DNA of 64,000 nucleotides from an uncultured Bacteroidales bacterium (GCA_900317955.1 ONIP01000012.1:27075-91074), one strand, 5' to 3'; counted from the stretch's first letter, positions 16,602 through 26,381 are shown. Numbers and translations: made by a program. Notes: a model not told the origin generated them from the letters alone.

Positions 16602-18056
16602 ATGGAACAGAAACTTTTCGACACTAACGTACAATGGATCAAATACAAGGTGCTAAAAGAAGTTATCCGCCGAGCCTACGAAGGAGGACTGGAGAACGCC
16701 TACCTTGAAATCCCCAAAATCATCAGCCCGGGTCCAAAATCCGACCTTAACTGCTGCATCTATAAAGAACGGGCCATTGTACAGGACCGCATTCACATGG
16801 CTATGGGTGGAGACAAGAATAACCCCAACCCAGTGCAAGTCATGGAATCTGCCTGCGACGAATGTCCTGCCGCCGGCATGATGGTCACCCCTGCCTGCAG
16901 AGGGTGCTTGATGCATGCCTGCAAAGACGTTTGTCCTCGAGGTGCCATCACCATTGTAAACCACCGCTGCGTCATCGACAAATCCAAATGCATCGAGTGC
17001 GGCAAATGCTCACAAGCATGTCCTTACAGTGCCATTATTGCCCAGAAAAGACCCTGCATGCAAAGCTGCAAGGTAAAAGCTATCTCCATCAACGACGAAG
17101 ACAAAGCCGTCATCGACAACAACAAATGCATCTCCTGTGGTGCCTGTGTTTACAAATGCCCCTTTGGTGCCATTACCGACAAGAGTCTTGTCCTTGACAT
17201 CATCAAAATCATTAAAGAATCCGAAAACAATACCCGCTACCGCGTCTACGCCGTCATTGCCCCCGCCATCGTCAGCCAATGCCGCTTCGGTCGCATCACG
17301 CAGGTCGTCACTGCAATCCGCAAGCTTGGCTTCCACCAAGTCGTTGAAGCCGCCCTCGGTGCCGACATCACGCTCTACAACGAAGCCCGCGAATTCCAGG
17401 AGAAAGGCGAAGGCGCCGTTATGACAACCTCATGCTGCCCCGCCTTCGTCAGTTTTGTCGAAAAGAACTTCCCAGAATTCAAAGACGCCATCTCCTCATC
17501 AGTATCTCCCATGGTAACCACTGCCAAGCTCATCAAGCACTCAGACCCGACTGCCCGCGTAGTCTTCATCGGCCCCTGCGCAGCAAAAAAAGGAGAATAC
17601 ACCCTTGCCAAAACCGGTGGCATGATCGACAGCGTCATGAGTTTCGAAGAACTTCAGGCCTTTGTCGATGCACGTGGCATTGACACAACAACCTGCGAAG
17701 ACACTACACTCGACAACGCCTCCTACTATGGCCGTATTTTCGCCAAGAGCGGTGGCTTAGCCCAAGGTGTTGCCTATGTGGCCGAAAAACTCGGCATTGA
17801 AGGTGTCAAACCCATTGCCATGAACGGCCTTGACCAATGCCGTACCCAACTCACACTTCTCCGTGCCAAAAAAGCCACTGCCAACTTTTTCGAAGGCATG
17901 GCCTGCGACGGCGGTTGCATCGGCGGTCCTCTCTGCATCACCCACTCGCCCCGCAACGTGGTCGACGTCGACAAATACGGCAACGAAGCCAAAGAGAAGA
18001 ACATCGATGGTTCCGTCCGCCTTTATCAGATGACTATGGGCAAAGACAACGACTAA
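16602..18056 (+). CDS. [FeFe]-hydrogenase catalytic subunit with a Cys-rich N-terminal FeS domain (HfsD-like)
   Basis: Several ferredoxin-type Cys motifs. The canonical H-cluster motifs are present: TSCCP (17427-17441), GPCAAKKGE and MACDGGCIGGP. Confidence 0.8.
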   Translation: MEQKLFDTNVQWIKYKVLKEVIRRAYEGGLENAYLEIPKIISPGPKSDLNCCIYKERAIVQDRIHMAMGGDKNNPNPVQVMESACDECPAAGMMVTPACRGCLMHACKDVCPRGAITIVNHRCVIDKSKCIECGKCSQACPYSAIIAQKRPCMQSCKVKAISINDEDKAVIDNNKCISCGACVYKCPFGAITDKSLVLDIIKIIKESENNTRYRVYAVIAPAIVSQCRFGRITQVVTAIRKLGFHQVVEAALGADITLYNEAREFQEKGEGAVMTTSCCPAFVSFVEKNFPEFKDAISSSVSPMVTTAKLIKHSDPTARVVFIGPCAAKKGEYTLAKTGGMIDSVMSFEELQAFVDARGIDTTTCEDTTLDNASYYGRIFAKSGGLAQGVAYVAEKLGIEGVKPIAMNGLDQCRTQLTLLRAKKATANFFEGMACDGGCIGGPLCITHSPRNVVDVDKYGNEAKEKNIDGSVRLYQMTMGKDND

Positions 18057-18102
18057 TTACATCCAAAATAATCAGTAATCAATTAAAACAATCAACATTA
18101 TA

Positions 18103-19518
18103 ATGACAGACAAAAAACAATTTCGTACTGAAAGTGACCTTCTGGGTTCCCGCGAGGTTCCCGCAGAGGTCTACTACGGTGTGCAAACCACCCGCGCAAT
18201 GGAGAACTTCCATATCAGTGGACAACTACTCAGCAGCTATCCCAACTTTATCAAAGGCATGGCCATCACCAAAAAGGCCGCCGCTATGGCCAACGTGGAA
18301 GTCGGCATGATCACCCCCGAACAGGGCGATGCTATCATGTGGGCTTGCGACCAGTTAATCTCTGGACGCTTCCATGACCAATTCCCCATCGACATGATTC
18401 AGGGCGGTGCTGGCACCAGCACCAACATGGCCGCCAACGAGGTCATTGCCAACCTCGCACTTGAACACATGGGTCACAACCGTGGCGAATATCAATACTG
18501 TTCCCCCAACGACGTCGTGAACGCTTCCCAAAGCACCAACGACGCCTACCCCTGCGCCATCCACATGGCCATGTGCCTCGAACACCTCGCCTTCATGCCT
18601 CACCTCGAGGAAATCATCAACTCTCTGGACAAAAAAACCAAAGAGTTCGCACACGTCATCAAGATGGGTCGCACCCAGCTTCAAGATGCTGTTCCCATGA
18701 CTCTTGGTCAAACCTTCGGTGGTTTTGCTGCTTCCCTCCGTGGTGAAGTCGCAAACCTCCGCAATGCCGCCGACGAATTCCTCACCGTCAATATGGGTGC
18801 CACCGCTATCGGCACCGGCATCTGCTCCAAACCCGGCTACAGCGAAGCCTGCATCAAGGCCCTCCGCAAAGTCACTGGCTGGAACATCAACCTTGCCGAC
18901 AACCTCATCGAGGCCACTAGCGCTACCAGCTGCATGATTCAGTACAGCTCAGCCATGAAACGTTTAGCTCTCAAAATCAACAAAATGTGCAACGACCTCC
19001 GTCTCCTCTCTTCTGGTCCTCGTTGCGGTCTCAACGAAATCCATCTTCCTGAACGTCAGCCCGGTTCCTCTATCATGCCCGGCAAAGTCAACCCCGTTAT
19101 TCCCGAAGTGATGAACCAGGTTTGCTACAAAGTCATCGGCAACGATATGTGCATCACCTTCGCCAGCGACAACGGCCAGCTCGAACTGAACGTCATGGAA
19201 CCCGTCATCGCCTACACCCTGTTCGAAAGCGTCCATCTGCTCGAAAACGGCCTTGACACTCTCCGCAAATTCTGCATCGAAGGCATCGTCGCCAACGAAG
19301 AACGCTGCCGCCAACTCGTTCAAAACAGCATCGGCATCGTCACCATGCTCAACCCGATTATTGGCTACAAGCAAAGTACCAAAATCGCAAAAGAGGCCAG
19401 CGAAACCGGTCGTGGCGTCTACGAACTGGTTCTCGAGCACAAACTCCTCACCAAAAAGCAACTTGACGAAATCCTCAAACCCGAGAACATGCTTCAACCT
19501 ATGGAACTCAAGGTCTGA
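18103..19518 (+). CDS. aspA: Aspartate ammonia-lyase
   Basis: It aligns along most of its length with the AspA sequence I remember (DLLGSREVP..YYGVQT.RA.ENF, QGGAGTS.NMAANEV, SQSTNDAYP, GSSIMPGKVNP). Confidence 0.9.
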   Translation: MTDKKQFRTESDLLGSREVPAEVYYGVQTTRAMENFHISGQLLSSYPNFIKGMAITKKAAAMANVEVGMITPEQGDAIMWACDQLISGRFHDQFPIDMIQGGAGTSTNMAANEVIANLALEHMGHNRGEYQYCSPNDVVNASQSTNDAYPCAIHMAMCLEHLAFMPHLEEIINSLDKKTKEFAHVIKMGRTQLQDAVPMTLGQTFGGFAASLRGEVANLRNAADEFLTVNMGATAIGTGICSKPGYSEACIKALRKVTGWNINLADNLIEATSATSCMIQYSSAMKRLALKINKMCNDLRLLSSGPRCGLNEIHLPERQPGSSIMPGKVNPVIPEVMNQVCYKVIGNDMCITFASDNGQLELNVMEPVIAYTLFESVHLLENGLDTLRKFCIEGIVANEERCRQLVQNSIGIVTMLNPIIGYKQSTKIAKEASETGRGVYELVLEHKLLTKKQLDEILKPENMLQPMELKV

Positions 19519-19545
19519 ACATCTTTCATCATTCTTATATATTTT

Positions 19546-19579
19546 GCCACGGAAAGAATATCCTTCCGTGGCTTTTTTT
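19546..19579 (+). terminator. Rho-independent terminator after aspA
   Basis: Stem gccacggaa/ttccgtggc (19546-19554 and 19564-19572), followed by TTTTTTT. Confidence 0.8.
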
Positions 19580-19624
19580 ATTCCAAAAAAAATATCCTAC
19601 CAGAAGAGGCACGGCTGGGAGTGG

Positions 19625-20128
19625 CTACAAATCCTTCCGTTCAGCATCTCCATCCTCTTCTGGCAGCACTTCGGCAGCTTTGACTCGCCTGCGGCTTAGA
19701 ATGCCCAACGAACGCATCAAGAGGAAATAACAAACTATAAACAGCACCGCAACCATCATATTCCCCACACCAACATACGAGCGGTCTAAAAACAGCATCG
19801 GCATCAACATCAGCAGTACCTTGGCCAGTGAATAACTGAAAAAACCATTCCTGCGCATCCTCCACATCAACACCACGCCTCCCAAGGATGCCACATCAAG
19901 CACCGCCGACAACAGATAGTACCACTGCGGTATACTCAACTTGCGTTCTATCAAAATAACCCATGCTCCGGGCAACTTCTCTTGATTCGCAGCACAATAA
20001 TCAGCCATCCACGGCAGACCTATCCCTGCAAGCAAATCAAACAAACAATAGACCCCCGTACAGATGAAACTAATCACAAGCATCAACCGCAACGTTCTGA
20101 AATTCACTCTGTACTTCTGGCTGTCCAT
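19625..20128 (-). CDS. Small integral membrane protein, function unknown
   Basis: About four hydrophobic helices and an acidic C-terminal tail. It lies 18 nt downstream of pyrF on the same strand. Confidence 0.5.
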   Translation of the reverse strand: MDSQKYRVNFRTLRLMLVISFICTGVYCLFDLLAGIGLPWMADYCAANQEKLPGAWVILIERKLSIPQWYYLLSAVLDVASLGGVVLMWRMRRNGFFSYSLAKVLLMLMPMLFLDRSYVGVGNMMVAVLFIVCYFLLMRSLGILSRRRVKAAEVLPEEDGDAERKDL

Positions 20129-20146
20129 AATCCTTTCAAACTGATA

Positions 20147-20980
20147 TTAAAACACGCTGCTGAACGCGGCATCCATTTGCTGCTGCAGTTTCCGTGCCTC
20201 CTCGCCTGCCCGCTCTGCAAAATCAACGCCTGTCGAAGCATAGATAATGCCTCTCGACGAATTGACAAGCAAACCGCAGTCACGGGTCAAACCGTATTTG
20301 CAAACCTCTTCAAGGCTTCCTCCTTGTGCTCCAACACCGGGAACAAGAAGAAAACTGTCGGGTACAATGGCACGTACCTGCGTCAACATATCGGCTTTGG
20401 TGGCACCCACCACATACATCATATTTTCAGGATTGCCCCACTGGCGCGAAGTCTCCAGCACCTTCTCAAACAACTTCCTCTCTCCATCCACTGGCAGGAA
20501 CTGGAAATCAAAAGCCCCTTTGTTTGAGGTAAGGGCAAGCAGAATAACCCATTTCCCGTCATACACGGTAAAAGGCTGCACCGAGTCAGCGCCCATATAA
20601 GGAGCAATCGTCAGCGAATCGAAATTGTAATCTCCCGCAGGGTCAAGAAAAGCCTTGGCATACTGCTGCGAGGTGTTGCCAATATCGCCGCGCTTGGCAT
20701 CAGCAATCGTAAAAGCCTTTTTGTCAAGACTATGCAAATATTCCATTGTTTTCTTCAACTGCACAAGACCCTCTATTCCCATCGCTTCATAAAAGGCAAG
20801 ATTCGGCTTATAAGCCACAGCGTAGTCGATAGTTGCGTCAATAATGGCTTTGTTGAACTTAAACACACCGTCCGCATCATTACGCAAGTGCTCAGGCATT
20901 TTATTCTTATCTACATCGAGCCCCACGCACAAAAACGAGCGACGGCTACGTATCAAGTCTATTAACTCTTCTCTTTTCAT
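20147..20980 (-). CDS. pyrF: Orotidine 5'-phosphate decarboxylase (long, type 2)
   Basis: SFLCVGLDVD..., ...DAKRGDIGNT... and ...VPGVGAQGG... motifs. Confidence 0.9.
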   Translation of the reverse strand: MKREELIDLIRSRRSFLCVGLDVDKNKMPEHLRNDADGVFKFNKAIIDATIDYAVAYKPNLAFYEAMGIEGLVQLKKTMEYLHSLDKKAFTIADAKRGDIGNTSQQYAKAFLDPAGDYNFDSLTIAPYMGADSVQPFTVYDGKWVILLALTSNKGAFDFQFLPVDGERKLFEKVLETSRQWGNPENMMYVVGATKADMLTQVRAIVPDSFLLVPGVGAQGGSLEEVCKYGLTRDCGLLVNSSRGIIYASTGVDFAERAGEEARKLQQQMDAAFSSVF

Positions 20981-21008
20981 ATATTGTTGATATTAAAATA
21001 ACAAACCA

Positions 21009-21701
21009 TTAGGCTGTTACTTGGTGAAACTTCTCTGTTAACTGCTGCGATGTGATATGCTCCAACTTATCGTCGGACACCAGTCGCCCATGATTAATAA
21101 TAATAGCGCGGCTGCACATTGCCTCTACCTCTTGCATAATATGGGTGGAAAGCAGCACCACCTTCTCCTTCCCGGCGTTTTTTATCACCGCACGAATTTC
21201 TTCCAACTGGTTGGGGTCCAATCCTGTCGTCGGCTCGTCCAGAATCAGCACCTGAGGGTCGTGTATCAGTGCCTGTGCCAATCCCACACGCTGCCTGTAA
21301 CCTTTCGACAACTGGCCTATACGCTTGTTGCTCTCCGGGGTCAACCCTACCAATTCAACCATTTCTTCCACACGTTCCTTGCTCTTCTTCACCCCATACA
21401 TCTCGGCTGAAAAACGAAGAAACTCCCTAATATACATGTCGGGATACAGCGGATTATGCTCTGGCAGGTATCCTATCATACGCCGCACCTCCAATGGTTC
21501 GTCGTAAATACTGTGGCCTCCTATCGTCGCGTCGCCTTCCGTTGGAGGTATATAGCAGGTCAATATCTTCATCAACGTCGACTTACCCGCGCCATTGGGT
21601 CCAAGCAGACCCACCACTTCACCCTCTTTTGCGGTGAAACTCACATCGTCCAGCGCCCGCTGGCCGTCATAAATCTTTGTTATATGCTTTACTTCTATCA
21701 T
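21009..21701 (-). CDS. ABC transporter ATP-binding protein (no cognate permease adjacent)
   Basis: Walker A GPNGAGKST, signature LSKGYRQR, Walker B LILDEPTTGLD and the H-loop. Confidence 0.85.
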   Translation of the reverse strand: MIEVKHITKIYDGQRALDDVSFTAKEGEVVGLLGPNGAGKSTLMKILTCYIPPTEGDATIGGHSIYDEPLEVRRMIGYLPEHNPLYPDMYIREFLRFSAEMYGVKKSKERVEEMVELVGLTPESNKRIGQLSKGYRQRVGLAQALIHDPQVLILDEPTTGLDPNQLEEIRAVIKNAGKEKVVLLSTHIMQEVEAMCSRAIIINHGRLVSDDKLEHITSQQLTEKFHQVTA

Positions 21702-21745
21702 ATCTTTTTGCGTTTGTCCGTTCGCCGGACACCTTGAATCTTCTA

Positions 21746-23122
21746 CTATTTTCTGCCACGACCGTCAGCCTCAAGCATCTCCTTAGCCGCTTGCAACGAA
21801 ATGCGTTCTCCGTTGCAGAACGCTACTACAAAAGCATCTTTAAAGCCCTTCTCACGTACCACCTTTTGGTAAGCGGCCGCCTCGCGAGCTGTCTTGAAAC
21901 TACCTGTCGTGTAACAATATGTATCTTTCTGCAAGTAATAATCGTAATCAGTTATGCCCTTAAACTCACGGGCATTCTGTTTCAATTGCTTGCCACTGGT
22001 CATAAACTGCACTTTAAACACCACATTCTGAGTCTCGGCCTTCGGCTGTTGCTGTGGTTCCACCTCCTGCTGTTCATTCTGCTGCGCATTCTCCACTACA
22101 GGGGTCTCCACTCTTGGCTCGTCCTTAGGCAAGGGAGGCTCCACTCCCGTCGGTGCTGTCGACGGAATAAAAGTAGTAGGCTCATTCGCCGTAGGTGCCT
22201 CGGGAGTCTTCTCCTTCACTGGGGTGGGTTTCTCCTCGGCAGGCTTCTGCACCGGCACTTCGGGTTTCACCGTTTCCTGCACCTTGGTCTTCTTGTTGTC
22301 CTTATATCCTTTCAAATCAATCTTCAAGTCAGCGGGTGCCTTCACTCCCTCCGTCACACTCTTGTAGGTAACAAATGCCTTGAATATACTCACCACTATC
22401 GCTGCCTGCCCTTCGTCCGACATCATATACTGCTCTTCTTCGGGATTGCTGATAAATCCCACCTCTGTCAACACGGCTGGCATGGCAGTCTTGTACAACA
22501 CAAAAATCTCCGACTGCTTCACGCCCCTGTTAATCGTCTTGATGGCCGACTTATACTGGTCCTGTATATATCCTGCAAAGTCGAGACTCTTGTCAAGGTA
22601 AGCATTCTGGTACATAGCAAACAACACATAACTCTCTGGTGAGTTCGGGTCAAAACCCTGGTAATCGCTGTTGTCTTTGTAACCTTTCTCCAACAAAATA
22701 TCCGCATTCTCCTTCTTTGCTACCTCCATGTTGGCCTTGCTCTGCGACAAACCCATCACATACGTCTCAACACCTGTGGGTGTCGGATTGTCCCACGAAT
22801 TGCAGTGTATAGAAATAAACAAATCCGCCTTAGCCTTGTTGGCTATCCTGGCGCGTTCCGCCAGCGTGATGTCCACATCCGTGGTTCGCGTAAAAATAAT
22901 CTTCACATCCGGATAATTATCCTCTATCAGCTTCCCAAGCTTCAGAGCCATCTGCAACGTCAGCGTTTTTTCTTTACACCTCCGGCCTACTGCTCCGGGC
23001 TTGTCGCCCCCGTGTCCGGCATCAATAACCACAGTTTTCACCTGCCCAGCCGACTTTTTTTGCGAAAAAACCGGCTCGCAAACACATACAAGCACAATAA
23101 AAATGGCAAATAAGCGTTTCAT
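21746..23122 (-). CDS. N-acetylmuramoyl-L-alanine amidase (Amidase_3) with a Pro/Glu-rich linker and a C-terminal SPOR domain
   Basis: The start was moved to the ATG at 23122, which gives the signal peptide MKRLFAIFIVLVCVC. It carries VVIDAGHGG...SIHCN..., and the C-terminal segment FKVQF...AREAAAYQKVVREKGFKDAFVVA is SPOR-like. Confidence 0.8.
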   Translation of the reverse strand: MKRLFAIFIVLVCVCEPVFSQKKSAGQVKTVVIDAGHGGDKPGAVGRRCKEKTLTLQMALKLGKLIEDNYPDVKIIFTRTTDVDITLAERARIANKAKADLFISIHCNSWDNPTPTGVETYVMGLSQSKANMEVAKKENADILLEKGYKDNSDYQGFDPNSPESYVLFAMYQNAYLDKSLDFAGYIQDQYKSAIKTINRGVKQSEIFVLYKTAMPAVLTEVGFISNPEEEQYMMSDEGQAAIVVSIFKAFVTYKSVTEGVKAPADLKIDLKGYKDNKKTKVQETVKPEVPVQKPAEEKPTPVKEKTPEAPTANEPTTFIPSTAPTGVEPPLPKDEPRVETPVVENAQQNEQQEVEPQQQPKAETQNVVFKVQFMTSGKQLKQNAREFKGITDYDYYLQKDTYCYTTGSFKTAREAAAYQKVVREKGFKDAFVVAFCNGERISLQAAKEMLEADGRGRK

Positions 23123-23168
23123 TTTCAATTGTATATTTTTTATTTTTTCGTATTGCGCAAAAAGTTGG

Positions 23169-23196
23169 TATCTTTGCAAATTCTTTTGCAAAGATA
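23169..23196. promoter_or_regulatory. Face-to-face divergent -7 boxes that form a palindrome (gTATCTTTGcaaattcttttgCAAAGATAc)
   Basis: TATCTTTG sits on the + strand at 23169-23176 (towards lptD-like) and on the - strand at 23189-23196 (towards the amidase operon). Confidence 0.6.
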
Positions 23197-23224
23197 CGAT
23201 GAAATTCGGAAAGAACAAAAAATT

Positions 23225-25966
23225 ATGCGGAAACTTTTGAACATCTGTTTGTTAGTCCTCTTCCTGACTCCCCCCGCCATTGTGGGTGCACAGACCGATT
23301 CTGTACACCCCGCTCCCGCTATCCTCACCCGCTCCCTCCCCGCCGCCCTCAACAACTCCCTACCCTCCCACAAAGACAGCATCAACCGCCCGACCGATTC
23401 CCTCCCTGACTCTCTCAAGACAATCCCCGACTCACTCCACGCCATTGCCGACACACTCGATTCCATCACCAACTCCCACCCCCTCCCCATCATACACCCC
23501 TCTCCAAACGCCCTCACCAGCATCGTCCACTACCAAGCCACCGACTCCATAGCCATCGACATCAACAAACGCAAAGCCCAACTCTACTCTCAAGGTGTCA
23601 TCGAATATGATGGCATGGAACTCAAAGCCGAATCCGTTCACGTCGACTTCGACCGCCAGATACTCAATGCACAACCCGTTACCGACACCAACGGCAAAGT
23701 AATCGGCCGTCCCTTCTTCAAACAAGGCGAAGATGAATACATGGCCGACACCATCACCTTCAACTACAACACCCGCAAAGGCATCATCTCCGGTGTCATC
23801 ACCCAGCAGGGCGACGGATTCCTGCACGGCTCTCGCGTCAAGAAAGTCAGCGACTCCGTCATGTACCTCAACGGTGGCCAATACACCACCTGCAACCACG
23901 CCCATCCCCACTTCGCCATCAACTTTACACACTCCAAACTCATCACCGGCGACAAAATCTTCACCGGCCCCGCCTACGTCACCATCGAGGACGTTCCAAC
24001 TCCACTCGTCCTCCCCTTCGCCTTCTTCCCCATGACCCACGACCGCACCTCCGGCATCCTCATGCCCAGCTACGGATGGATGAACAACCGCGGCTACTAT
24101 CTTAAAGACGGTGGCTACTACTTCGCACTCAACGACAACATCGACCTCGCCCTCATCGGCGAAATCTATACCAACCTCAGCTGGGCAGCCGAAGCCCGCA
24201 GCAACTACAACAAACGCTACAAATACAAAGGCAACTTCGACATTCGATACGGCATCACCAAAGAAGGCATCCCCGGCGACAGCAACACCTTCCGCAAATT
24301 CAGTGACTTCAAAATAGCCTGGAAACACGACCAAGACCCCAAAGCCAACCCCCACAGCCGTTTTTCTGCCAACGTCAACCTCCAAAGCCGCAACTACAAC
24401 AAAAACACCACCAACCGCAACGACTACTTCAACAGCACCACCACCTCCAGCATCTCGTATAACGGACAGATAGGCACTGCCCTCAACTTCGCTGCCTCCT
24501 TCCGCGAATCCTACAACGCCCAAACCGGCCTCATCAACATCAAACTCCCCTCCCTCTCCCTCAGCTCCACCACCTTCTACCCCCTCCGACGCAAAGAGCC
24601 CTCCGGCTCCTACCGCTGGTACGAAAACATCTCACTCTCCTACTCCCTCGCAGCCGACAACAACATCACCGCGCAAGACTCCGACCTCTTCAAACTCTCC
24701 ACCCTCAACCGCATGCAATACGGCATCAGCCACACCATACCCCTCTCCCTCACCGTCAAAGTACTCAAATACTTCAACTGGACCAATTCCGCCAACTTCA
24801 GAGAACGTTGGCACTGGTCCACCATACGCAAAACCTTCGACACTGTCACCAACACCGTCACCATCGACACCGTCCGCGGCTTCCGCGCCAACCGCGACAT
24901 CAGCTTCACCTCCTCCCTCTCCACTCGCATCTACGGCATGTTCAACTTCAAATTCGGTCCCGTCAAAGCCATCCGCCATGTCATCAACCCCTCCATAGCC
25001 TTCAACTTCCAACCCGACTTCGGCAACCCCTCGCTTGGCTGGTGGCAATCCTACACCGACAATACCGGCTATGTCCACCGCTACTCCATCTTCGAACAAA
25101 GCCTCTACGGCGGCCCCGCCGACGGACGCTCCGGATGCATCAACTTCAGCATCGGCAACAACCTTGAAATGAAAGTTGCCAACCCCAAAGACACCGTTAC
25201 CGGCACCCGCAAAATCACCCTCCTCGAAAACCTCAACCTCAATATGAGCTACGACATGGCCCGCGATTCACTACAATGGTCCGACCTTACCATCTCCGGC
25301 CGTACCACCCTGTTCAAAAACCTCGTGCTCAACTACTCCGGCTCCTTCAGCCCCTACTACATCGACAACGAAGGGCGCAAACACAACCAATTCATCTGGA
25401 AGACACCCGGACAGAAAAAAATCCTCCAGAGAAACAACTCTACCTGGAGCACACAAATATCCTACAGCATCAACAACAACACCTTCAAACCCGAGAATAA
25501 TACTAACAAGAAGACCTCCGACATCCAACCCATCGTCGCACCCATCATGCAGTCACCCTATAACTACAACCCCGCACTGCTCATGGGCACCTACGCCGAC
25601 TTCTCCATGCCCTGGAACCTCTCCCTCAACTACACCCTCAGCTACGTAAGCACTTACGTCGCCGCACAATACAACTTCAAAAAAGACATCATCCAAACCC
25701 TTGGCATCTCCGCCAACGCCAACATTACCGAGAACTGGCGCATCGCCGTCTCCACCGGCTACGACTTTGTCAAAAAAGGCATCTCATACACCTCCATCGA
25801 CATCTACCGCGACCTCCACTGCTGGGAGATGCGCTTCAACTGGGTTCCCTTCGGATATTACAAAAGCTGGAACTTCGTAATCAACATCAAAGCCAGCAGC
25901 CTCAAAGACGTCAAATACCAGAAACAACAATCCTACCAAGACAACCAAGGCTACTACTCCTACTAA
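23225..25966 (+). CDS. lptD: LptD/OstA-family outer-membrane LPS-assembly protein (Bacteroidota type)
   Basis: The start was moved to the ATG at 23225 (signal MRKLLNICLLVLFL..). An OstA-like N-domain is present (YQATDSIAIDINKRKAQLYSQGVIEYDGMELKAE). The long C-terminal region is rich in aromatic residues and looks like a beta-barrel. Confidence 0.7.
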   Translation: MRKLLNICLLVLFLTPPAIVGAQTDSVHPAPAILTRSLPAALNNSLPSHKDSINRPTDSLPDSLKTIPDSLHAIADTLDSITNSHPLPIIHPSPNALTSIVHYQATDSIAIDINKRKAQLYSQGVIEYDGMELKAESVHVDFDRQILNAQPVTDTNGKVIGRPFFKQGEDEYMADTITFNYNTRKGIISGVITQQGDGFLHGSRVKKVSDSVMYLNGGQYTTCNHAHPHFAINFTHSKLITGDKIFTGPAYVTIEDVPTPLVLPFAFFPMTHDRTSGILMPSYGWMNNRGYYLKDGGYYFALNDNIDLALIGEIYTNLSWAAEARSNYNKRYKYKGNFDIRYGITKEGIPGDSNTFRKFSDFKIAWKHDQDPKANPHSRFSANVNLQSRNYNKNTTNRNDYFNSTTTSSISYNGQIGTALNFAASFRESYNAQTGLINIKLPSLSLSSTTFYPLRRKEPSGSYRWYENISLSYSLAADNNITAQDSDLFKLSTLNRMQYGISHTIPLSLTVKVLKYFNWTNSANFRERWHWSTIRKTFDTVTNTVTIDTVRGFRANRDISFTSSLSTRIYGMFNFKFGPVKAIRHVINPSIAFNFQPDFGNPSLGWWQSYTDNTGYVHRYSIFEQSLYGGPADGRSGCINFSIGNNLEMKVANPKDTVTGTRKITLLENLNLNMSYDMARDSLQWSDLTISGRTTLFKNLVLNYSGSFSPYYIDNEGRKHNQFIWKTPGQKKILQRNNSTWSTQISYSINNNTFKPENNTNKKTSDIQPIVAPIMQSPYNYNPALLMGTYADFSMPWNLSLNYTLSYVSTYVAAQYNFKKDIIQTLGISANANITENWRIAVSTGYDFVKKGISYTSIDIYRDLHCWEMRFNWVPFGYYKSWNFVINIKASSLKDVKYQKQQSYQDNQGYYSY

Positions 25967-26009
25967 CCCTCCCCCTCAAATCTATAACCTCCATAACACC
26001 AATCAAAAA

Positions 26010-26324
26010 ATGACCGAAAAACTCTACCACTCCATCGGCGAAGTATCAGAAATGCTCGGTGTCAACCCTTCCCTGCTCCGCTTCTGGGAAACAGAATTCC
26101 CCGCCCTCAAACCCCACAAAAACAAAAAAGGCACCCGATACTATACCGACGCTGACATCGACCTCCTGCGTCAAATCTACCACCTCACCCGCGACTGCGG
26201 CTACACCCTCGAAGGCGCCCGCGAACGCCTCCGCCAAGACAACAACCTCGACGACACCGTGCAACTCGTCAAAACCCTCACCGAAACCCGCCAGTTCCTC
26301 GCCTCCCTCAAAGAATACCTCTAA
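26010..26324 (+). CDS. MerR-family HTH transcriptional regulator (short, no obvious effector domain)
   Basis: YSIGEVSEMLGVNPSLLRFWETEF....KGTRYYTDADIDLLRQI is the MerR HTH signature. Confidence 0.8.
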   Translation: MTEKLYHSIGEVSEMLGVNPSLLRFWETEFPALKPHKNKKGTRYYTDADIDLLRQIYHLTRDCGYTLEGARERLRQDNNLDDTVQLVKTLTETRQFLASLKEYL

Positions 26325-26381
26325 CCCCGTCACCCTCCCTCACCCCAACCTAATCTTTCCCCCGGCCACACCTCTACCTCT

